Shown piece by piece: positions 18,014-26,010 of a stretch of 64,000 nt of DNA. A program made the translations under genes and the position numbers. A model generated the notes under the pieces. That model was not told the DNA's origin. It made no database searches and saw only the letters and a list, made by a program, of their open reading frames with translations. This stretch comes from Candidatus Enterousia sp. (GTDB lineage: Bacteria; Pseudomonadota; Alphaproteobacteria; Rs-D84), in the NCBI GenBank assembly GCA_045648945.1, contig JAZROX010000027.1, forward strand, positions 8,898 to 72,897. The letters run 5' to 3'. Numbering within the stretch: the stretch's first letter is position 1; each line of letters starts with the position of its first letter.

Positions 18014-18126
18014 CTCCGAAGGCGGGGATTGCGCGTTCGACACGATAGTCGGCAAGAACAAGCGCAAAGCGCGCAGTTCGCGCCTTACGTGTGGTGAGCA
18101 AAGCGAACTATCCGCCGGGTGCGCCA
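18014..18126 (+). pseudogene. Degenerate, interrupted 3' part of tRNA-Arg (old attachment-site half)
   Basis: CTCCGAAGG + CGGGGATTGCGCGTTCGA, compared with CTCCGAAGG + ACAAGGTTGCAGGTTCGA in the intact gene. It ends in GGGTGCGCCA (18117-18126), followed by the TCCGTCTCTGCATAGCAGAGCCGCGATTA hairpin (18127-18155). Confidence 0.5.
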
Positions 18127-18207
18127 TCCGTCTCTGCATAGCAGAGCCGCGATTATGTTCGCGTGTATCGTGCGAACTATCCGCCGGGGCATCATTATTT
18201 AATTAAA

Positions 18208-18672
18208 ATGAAGAAATATTTATTTGCATCTTCTCTAATTTTTCTTGCCGCGTGTAACAGCGTGTATATCAAACCGGGAACAATGGAAGCAGGCAGCAAA
18301 GTCTATGCGCAACGTGGCGGTTTTGCAATGTCGCGCAGTATAAAAGAAAAGTTGGAAGAACACGGTTTTAGTGTCACCGTTGGCAAATTAAAAAACGAGT
18401 CTTCGGTTGATGTAGATAAATTTGAAATGCCGAAAGACGCCAAATATATCGTTCGCGTGCATGAACATGATGAATCTTTCATGCCGTGGTGGTGCGTGTT
18501 CAACGGGTTTTGGTGGTGGAAATTTAGTGTGTCCATCGCAGACCAAAAAACCGGTGAAGAAATTTTGTCTTGGCGCGGACGCGGCTGTCAAAACAGTTCG
18601 CTGCGCAAATTGGACAGGTTCTTGGACGAATTGGAAATTAAAAATAATCAAAGGATAAAATATGAACAGTGA
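18208..18672 (+). CDS. Lipoprotein of unknown function
   Basis: ATG at 18208 gives MKKYLFASSLIFLAAC (lipobox). Confidence 0.7.
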   Translation: MKKYLFASSLIFLAACNSVYIKPGTMEAGSKVYAQRGGFAMSRSIKEKLEEHGFSVTVGKLKNESSVDVDKFEMPKDAKYIVRVHEHDESFMPWWCVFNGFWWWKFSVSIADQKTGEEILSWRGRGCQNSSLRKLDRFLDELEIKNNQRIKYEQ

Positions 18673-19327
18673 CACAACGAAACAGGCCTTTCCGGGATAC
18701 AACGCCGAACAAGAAAGAATAGTACAGCAAGAACAAGAACGCGTGGTACGCGAAAGAAAACGGGCGGAAAGCCTGCCCCCGTTTTTGATGGTAAGGGCGG
18801 GTTTGTTGAATCAATGGGTGTGGCCTTTGATTTCCGGGGGTGCATTTATTGGATTGGGAATCAACGAAGAAAAACTTAGACAACCAGAATTGCTTTTGGG
18901 AACCACCAGCATTCTAGTCGCCTTGACATTCGCCTGGGCCACCTATGCGACCCCGGAAATACAAAAGGCGTTTAAAAAAGACATTTGGACAATACGCCAA
19001 GAAACAAACAGATATATGAATGAATCAAATTATCAAATTGATTTAACCGATAAAATCAACAGTGATAAATTGGCGCGGATTCTGGTGCAACATATTTCAA
19101 AATATAACCCGGGGTTGTTTGATAAAATGATGCAAAATCCGGATTCGGTTGCCGATATAAATGTGGCAGAAAATATTATACTGGGGCATTTGAAATCGCA
19201 TCCAGATGCCGCACAAAAAATTCTAGATACATTTGATATTGAAACAATGCCGACAAAAGTTCAAAGAAAAGTGAACAGATACGCAAACAATTTGCGCAAT
19301 TATATGTCCAGCCAAAAATCAAGATAA
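18662..19327 (+). CDS. Hypothetical membrane-associated protein
   Basis: 221-aa ORF overlapping the previous stop. One or two hydrophobic segments (WVWPLISGGAFIGLGI; LLLGTTSILVALTFAWATYA). Confidence 0.6.
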   Translation: MNSDTTKQAFPGYNAEQERIVQQEQERVVRERKRAESLPPFLMVRAGLLNQWVWPLISGGAFIGLGINEEKLRQPELLLGTTSILVALTFAWATYATPEIQKAFKKDIWTIRQETNRYMNESNYQIDLTDKINSDKLARILVQHISKYNPGLFDKMMQNPDSVADINVAENIILGHLKSHPDAAQKILDTFDIETMPTKVQRKVNRYANNLRNYMSSQKSR

Positions 19328-19334
19328 CAAAACC

Positions 19335-19355
19335 GGCGCATAAGTGCGCCGTTTT
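19335..19355 (+). terminator. Rho-independent terminator
   Basis: GGCGCA-TAAG-TGCGCC followed by GTTTT. Confidence 0.6.
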
Positions 19356-20961
19356 GAATTACATTGATAATCACATAATCTTTTGGTATAATTTACGCAC
19401 GAAAGGAATAAAAATTGCATTGAATCTATTAAATGATAAAAGTTTTAATGATTATTTAACCGATATCACATATGCGGGCGAACACGCACCAAAACAACAA
19501 AATTTTAGGGGCGAATTTGAAAGTCCAGACTATGTTTATCAACATCGTGATGAAATCATCAAGGGGATTTTAAATCAGTATATCAAACTGCGTGTGCGTG
19601 ATTATATTTTGAACCTGGAAAACGAAGCCGCGTTTATTCCAGTGGACGAAAACCGGACCGATTTACCGTCTTGGACGGGGGCGGTATTTAACAAAGGTGG
19701 CAAACTGTACGAATTTGATGGCACAAAAATGTCCGACAAATTACGCACAGACATTATAACCGTGCGTGATTATTTGTATGATGTGGCGGGCATGTATGTC
19801 GATAAAGTCATAGAAACGGCCAAACATACAAAGCGCAAACCGCGCATACGCTATGATTATTTAAAAACCAGTAATGAATTTGCGACCTTTGATATGGCGT
19901 TAGATGCGGCGCATCAATGGCACGAACACATGGCCGAAGAATTGGCACGACGGAACAAAAGACAAGAATTATTAAAAAAATCTTTGGTTGGTGTGCAACA
20001 TATTATGGATTTGCCGAATGGTATGGTTGCATATCAATTGATGACACCGGACGCGTTAGATTTTGAATCGGATTACATGGGACATTGTGTTGGTCGTGGT
20101 GCGTATGATGCGGATGTGGCAAGTGGCAGAACAAAAATATATTCGATTCGTGATGAACACGGTGAACCGCATGTCACGTTAGAGGTACGCGGGACCGAGG
20201 TTCACCAAATCAAGGGCAAACAGAACAGTGCCCCCGTACGTAAATATGTTCCGGCGGTTGTAAAATTTATAGAATCCCAACATCTTGAAATAGTAAATGA
20301 TTTAAAAAATCTTGGGTTGATACGGCAAGATGGTAAATTATATGACATATATAACCTGCCGAAAAATTTTGTGGTAAAGGGTGATTTAGATTTATCCGAT
20401 ATGGAATTAACGGAATTGCCGGACCTTAGTACCGTTACGGTTCTTGGTAAGTTTGATTGCAGTAACAACCAGTTGACCAGCCTAACCGGTGCCCCAGAAA
20501 GTGTTGGTGGGTATTTTGTTTGCAACCACAACAAATTGACCAGCCTGACCGGTGCACCGGAAAGTGTTGGTGGTGATTTTTTTTGCAGCTACAACCAATT
20601 GACCAGCCTTGAACACGCACCAAAAAGTGTTGGGGGGCATTTTATGTGCATCTACAACCAATTCGGGGCACCAAAAAGTGTTGGTGGGTATTTTTATTGC
20701 GAAGGCAACCAATTAACCAGCCTTGTCGGCGCGCCAAAAGATGCGACGAGTTATTTTTTTGGCTACTTGAACACCCCCAAAAAAATGATTGCACCGGAAT
20801 ATCTTGCGGGTAAGAATACGAATATTCCGGATGATATTTTGAAAATAATGATAGATAATTATAAAAAACATAAAAAACAAAACTTTAATCGCGGAACGGC
20901 AAGTGTTATCGATAAAGAACGCGCAACCGTCCCCGCCAATAATCGCAACAAATCTATGTAA
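19354..20961 (+). CDS. PcfJ-like domain protein with a C-terminal leucine-rich repeat array (start uncertain)
   Basis: MGHCVGRGAYDADVASGRTKIYSIRDEHGEPHVTLEVRGTEVHQIKGKQNSAP resembles the PcfJ-like HCVG motif region. The C-terminus has 5 x ~22-aa F.C..NQLTSL.GAP.SVGG units. The ORF-track start is a TTG inside the terminator. In-frame TTG at 19420 or ATT at 19414, after AAAGGA, are alternatives. Confidence 0.7.
   Translation: MNYIDNHIIFWYNLRTKGIKIALNLLNDKSFNDYLTDITYAGEHAPKQQNFRGEFESPDYVYQHRDEIIKGILNQYIKLRVRDYILNLENEAAFIPVDENRTDLPSWTGAVFNKGGKLYEFDGTKMSDKLRTDIITVRDYLYDVAGMYVDKVIETAKHTKRKPRIRYDYLKTSNEFATFDMALDAAHQWHEHMAEELARRNKRQELLKKSLVGVQHIMDLPNGMVAYQLMTPDALDFESDYMGHCVGRGAYDADVASGRTKIYSIRDEHGEPHVTLEVRGTEVHQIKGKQNSAPVRKYVPAVVKFIESQHLEIVNDLKNLGLIRQDGKLYDIYNLPKNFVVKGDLDLSDMELTELPDLSTVTVLGKFDCSNNQLTSLTGAPESVGGYFVCNHNKLTSLTGAPESVGGDFFCSYNQLTSLEHAPKSVGGHFMCIYNQFGAPKSVGGYFYCEGNQLTSLVGAPKDATSYFFGYLNTPKKMIAPEYLAGKNTNIPDDILKIMIDNYKKHKKQNFNRGTASVIDKERATVPANNRNKSM
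20451..20745 (+). repeat. Tandem ~66-bp coding repeats (LRR units)
   Basis: Repeated CAACCA(G/A)TTGACCAGCCT..GG(T/C)GC(A/C)CC(A/G)GAAAGTGTTGGTGG. One unit carries an in-frame deletion. Confidence 0.8.
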
Positions 20962-20962
20962 C

Positions 20963-20992
20963 AAAAACATCCGCGTTTGCGGATGTTTTTTG
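20963..20992. terminator. Bidirectional terminator between convergent genes
   Basis: AAAAACATCCGC-GTTT-GCGGATGTTTTTT. Confidence 0.7.
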
Positions 20993-21007
20993 TTCGTGAA
21001 ACGATTA

Positions 21008-21631
21008 TTAATCATCAATTTTTGCGTATTCACAGAAACCTTCGTTTGTGTCGCAACGGGAAATTGTGCCTTCACTAATAAAATATCCCTGGGGGTGCAG
21101 GCAGGCCGGGCAAACCTTTGGCGCCTCGGTTCCAATGTGCCACATACCGCAATTTGTGCAACGCCACATAACGATTTTATCTTGTTTGAACAATGTTCCG
21201 TTTTCAATCGCATCAATTAACGCACGAAAACGTGATTCATGATACCGTTCCGCAAGGCCGATATTTTTCAAAACCGACGCGATAGAATCAAAACCTTCCT
21301 GGGCCGCGATTTGCGCAAAACGTGGATACATATCGGTATTTTCTTCGTGTTCGCCGTATGCCGCCGCTTGCAAATTTTCAAGCGTGGTGCCGATTTTGCC
21401 GGCCGGGAACGCCGCGGTTATTTCCAATGCGCCACCTTCCAAGAATTTGAACAAACGGGACGCATGTTCGCGTTCTTGTTCTGCGGTTTCAAGAAATATT
21501 TTCGATATTGCCTGGTAACCTTCATCCTTGGCCTTGGATGCAAAGAAAGAATAACGGTTACGCGCCTGGGATTCGCCGGCGAATGCGATAAGCAGATTCT
21601 TTTCGGTTTGTGTACCTTTTAATGAAGTCAT
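21008..21631 (-). CDS. rbr: Rubrerythrin
   Basis: ATG at 21631 after AAGGAG. MTSLKGTQTEKNLLIAFAGESQARNRY..EQEREHA (ferritin-like di-iron) plus a C-terminal rubredoxin-like CTNCG...CPAC. Confidence 0.9.
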   Translation of the reverse strand: MTSLKGTQTEKNLLIAFAGESQARNRYSFFASKAKDEGYQAISKIFLETAEQEREHASRLFKFLEGGALEITAAFPAGKIGTTLENLQAAAYGEHEENTDMYPRFAQIAAQEGFDSIASVLKNIGLAERYHESRFRALIDAIENGTLFKQDKIVMWRCTNCGMWHIGTEAPKVCPACLHPQGYFISEGTISRCDTNEGFCEYAKIDD

Positions 21632-21694
21632 AATTTTTCTCCTTGGGTTAATCTCGCCCAATCATAACAGGTGCCGGCACAAAAAGCAAAACAA

Positions 21695-23390
<1,696 letters not shown>

Positions 23391-23440
23391 TTAAAAACTT
23401 GCAATTTCCAGTATAAAAGATTATAATCAACGGGCCATTT

Positions 23441-23745
23441 AATGGTGATGATTCTGAACCCGTTGCGGAATAGACGTTTTGGACCCGGGGGCGGTACCCG
23501 GCACCTCCACCAATAAAAATTATGGGGGTGTATTAGTTTCGACAGACGCAATAAAGGCAAATGGCTGAATCCGACGTGGTGTCGTTAAAGACCAATAAAA
23601 AAATGAATGCGAACGATAATGTTCGTCTTGCAATGGCTGCCTAATACTTAGGTTGGATATAATTGGCAATTGTTGATTATATCTGTTCAGCTTTTTGCGG
23701 GGCCGTCCGGGTGCCTGGCACCAGAAACCCGGTAATTTTTGAAAA
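23441..23745 (+). ncRNA. ssrA: Two-piece (circularly permuted) tmRNA gene: acceptor piece ending ..CACCTCCACCA at 23512, coding piece starting GGGGGTG at 23524
   Basis: 5' GGGGGTG pairs with CACCTCC (G3:U wobble), followed by ACCA. Tag ORF GCG AAC GAT AAT GTT CGT CTT GCA ATG GCT GCC TAA (23609-23644) encodes ANDNVRLAMAA. Outer boundaries are approximate. Confidence 0.8.
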
Positions 23746-23774
23746 AACATAACAGGAACAAAAGGGTAATAAAA

Positions 23775-24002
23775 ATGTTAGGAAAAATAAAAAAATTGTT
23801 TTTTAGTGGTATATTCGGGGTATTGTATATTTCTTTTGTGGCGCAATTGGTTTACGTCCTGGGGTGGGTTGCAATTGCCGAAGGAAAATTTGCATTTTTG
23901 GGCGCGTTGTCGTTGGAATGGTTGGTTATCATCGCGGCACGTTACCTGTCAAAGCGCGCCGGTGGAAATGCACAACATGGTTTTAATGGCCGTCGCCGTT
24001 AA
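23775..24002 (+). CDS. Small hydrophobic protein (75 aa), doubtful
   Basis: ATG at 23775 after AAAGGG. Two hydrophobic segments. No homology recognisable. Confidence 0.35.
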   Translation: MLGKIKKLFFSGIFGVLYISFVAQLVYVLGWVAIAEGKFAFLGALSLEWLVIIAARYLSKRAGGNAQHGFNGRRR

Positions 24003-24020
24003 TCCCGCGCGAAAGTTTTT

Positions 24021-24049
24021 AAAAATCCCCATGTTTTGGGGATTTTTTT
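24021..24049. terminator. Bidirectional terminator
   Basis: AAAAATCCCCA-TGTT-TTGGGGATTTTTTT. Confidence 0.7.
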
Positions 24050-25598
24050 AATTCACATTTACCGTATCATCGTATATGGAATACGTCACACCGCCATATT
24101 TGACCTTTAATTTTTGCGTGGTGCCAACGTTCATAGGCACATCCGCCGTCGTCATATTTCCATAGAATATATCATTTCCGACCCGCACATGCATCGCCGG
24201 CGTGGTCTTTTTTACGCCATGCAAATACAAAGTCGCGTCGCCAAAGTGCAAAATGTGTCCGCATTGGTTCGCATTCGACATCCCCGCCGGCGAATAAAGC
24301 CCGGCCGCACACGCGGCTATACCCTGGGACGCCGAGGCGTTAAAATCATAGGTGCCGCCGGTGCAATATGAACCCGCCGCGCACGCAGTGCATTCGTTAT
24401 ACGCCGCCGGCAAATACGTTCCCGCCGCACATGTTTGGGACGCGGTCACCCGGCACGAAACATGCCCGCCCCAGTAATCTTCGTAACCAGTAATATACTG
24501 CGTCATACCCGCCGGACATGTAGTGGCAAGATTTGTATCATCAAATGTTGACAGCCACATATTGTTTGCATACGTAGAACCATTCGCGATTAATCCCGCA
24601 AAAGCGGATGGCGGAATATACCCGGTAACATTGTAACATTTGGCAAATGTTCCACCAAATGCGTTAGACCCGACCTGTGTAAGCCCACTAAAAATTTCTG
24701 ATGGGATTGCTGTTATTCCGGTATGAGCAAATGTATTTTGAAACGCATAGTTAGCTGCGTATGTAATGTTAGCAAACAAATTATTCGGTATATGGGTTAA
24801 CCTTGAACAATCATGAAAAGTGTTAGAAAATACAAACCAATCTGCTCCAGTTATGCCACTAAACAGATTATCTGGTAAACTGGTTAACAAATCACAGGCA
24901 TAAAAAGCCCCTTCAAACATACCACCGGCCACAAAATTTTTGACACTACTAAATAAATTTTCCGGTATTGATGTCAAACCAGACCTCGCAAAAGTGTAAG
25001 AGAACATATAATACGTACCCTGGATATTATTATAAGAACCAAATAATGTTCCTGGTATCTCACTCAAATTTTGTGCACCATTAAATGTCAGAAAAAAATT
25101 TGGCAATGAAGTATCATTACTATTTCCGGAAAGGTATGGGAACATAGCAGACAAATCGCCATATACGGAGGCAATTTTTTCCTCTGAATGATAATCGACA
25201 TTATAAAATTTTATTACTGCCACCTGTTGGGTGCTTGATCTATACCAACCCGTGGCAACGCCGCCCATACGAATTGTTTTGACGCCGCCGGTGGAATATG
25301 TGCATGTGTACAGTGTCTCGGTCGTGCCTGTGCGGGTTATTGTATCACCCGAAACCCCGTCGCCGGATAATGTTCCGTCATCACCGCAATCAACATAGAA
25401 TGTTCCCATCGCGGACATATAAAACCCAAATGTATCATTCGCGGAAAGTGACGTCGTCGTAAGGCTGAATTTCGCCGTTTGGCAATTTGAACCATCGCCC
25501 GCGACATCAATCTGGTCCGATGTGCACGCCGCATTGGCCGCGGGGCTCGCGAACGCGCCCAACATTATCACCAAAAACGCAACCAAAAATTGCTTCAA
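24048..25598 (-). CDS. Secreted BspA-type LRR protein (~516 aa), short paralog of 6121-10467
   Basis: TTG at 25598 is homologous to the TTG start of the large paralog and gives MKQFLVAFLVIMLGAFASPANA. N-domain CTSDQIDVAGDGSNCQTAKFSLTTT.., LRR F..C..LTS(I/L)P.NLF, C-terminal domain CGHILHFGDATLYLHGVKKTTPAMHV..SIYDDTV. The ORF is open to the GTG at 25652, but that stretch is occupied by a repeat element that is non-coding elsewhere. Confidence 0.8.
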   Translation of the reverse strand: MKQFLVAFLVIMLGAFASPAANAACTSDQIDVAGDGSNCQTAKFSLTTTSLSANDTFGFYMSAMGTFYVDCGDDGTLSGDGVSGDTITRTGTTETLYTCTYSTGGVKTIRMGGVATGWYRSSTQQVAVIKFYNVDYHSEEKIASVYGDLSAMFPYLSGNSNDTSLPNFFLTFNGAQNLSEIPGTLFGSYNNIQGTYYMFSYTFARSGLTSIPENLFSSVKNFVAGGMFEGAFYACDLLTSLPDNLFSGITGADWFVFSNTFHDCSRLTHIPNNLFANITYAANYAFQNTFAHTGITAIPSEIFSGLTQVGSNAFGGTFAKCYNVTGYIPPSAFAGLIANGSTYANNMWLSTFDDTNLATTCPAGMTQYITGYEDYWGGHVSCRVTASQTCAAGTYLPAAYNECTACAAGSYCTGGTYDFNASASQGIAACAAGLYSPAGMSNANQCGHILHFGDATLYLHGVKKTTPAMHVRVGNDIFYGNMTTADVPMNVGTTQKLKVKYGGVTYSIYDDTVNVN

Positions 25599-25631
25599 AT
25601 TATTCTCTCTTTTCTTTCTGGCGTCAATAAT

Positions 25632-25678
25632 CACTACCCCCCGGTGTTCCACACCGTACCCCTTCGCCAGCGAAGGGG
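25632..25678 (-). repeat. Composite hairpin element, copy E6 (leader of the LRR gene)
   Basis: The minus strand reads CCCCTTCGCTGGCGAAGGGG, then TACGGTGTGGAACACCG, then GGGGGTAGTG. Confidence 0.65.
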
Positions 25679-25900
25679 AATTAAAAAACCGCCAATGGGA
25701 ATTGACGGTCGGGGCGTTGAGAAATCATAAGATACAATGACTCCGTGCTTTTATGTATATGCAAACGGCACCCCGACACGCGGGGATTTTTCAAAAGCGG
25801 TGCAAAAACACGAAAATCCAACGGATTACGATGCCATTGCACCGGTATCTTATGGGCCTCTCACAGTCCCGAACACAGACTCCCATCTGGTTCTGGTGTA
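25679..25900 (-). promoter_or_regulatory. Conserved structured leader, copy A (paralogous to 49154-49370)
   Basis: Shares blocks with copy B: AATTGACGGTCGGGG, GGCACCCCGACACGCGGGG, GCGGTGCAAA, GATTACGATGCCATTGCACCGG. On the minus strand it ends with hairpin CCGTCAATTCCCATTGGCGG plus TTTTTT. Confidence 0.55.
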
Positions 25901-26010
25901 AATTTTAATCTAAATTACCGACCCATTGCAAGCACTTTTTTGAAAATAAAAATATCGGTATCATACGGGGCTTGAAAACCAATAAAATTTAGTCTATATT
26001 TAATGTTGCT

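Noticed and set aside
20451-20745. Regular ~66-bp repeats that could be mistaken for a CRISPR array.
   Set aside because: The repeats are contiguous with no spacers, in-frame, and encode LRR units within a long ORF.
24048-25652. GTG at 25652 (and ATG at 10524 for the large paralog) as start codons.
   Set aside because: The extensions are basic, non-signal sequence. In one case the extension is encoded by a repeat element that is non-coding elsewhere. Homologous TTG codons (25598, 10467) give clean signal peptides, and the one at 10467 has a GGAGGG SD at 5-nt spacing.
25632-25900. The idea that the conserved leader is an invertible promoter (inverton) or part of a diversity-generating retroelement.
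   Set aside because: No flanking inverted repeats bracket the segment, there is no adjacent invertase, and no reverse transcriptase or template/variable repeat pair occurs in the window.
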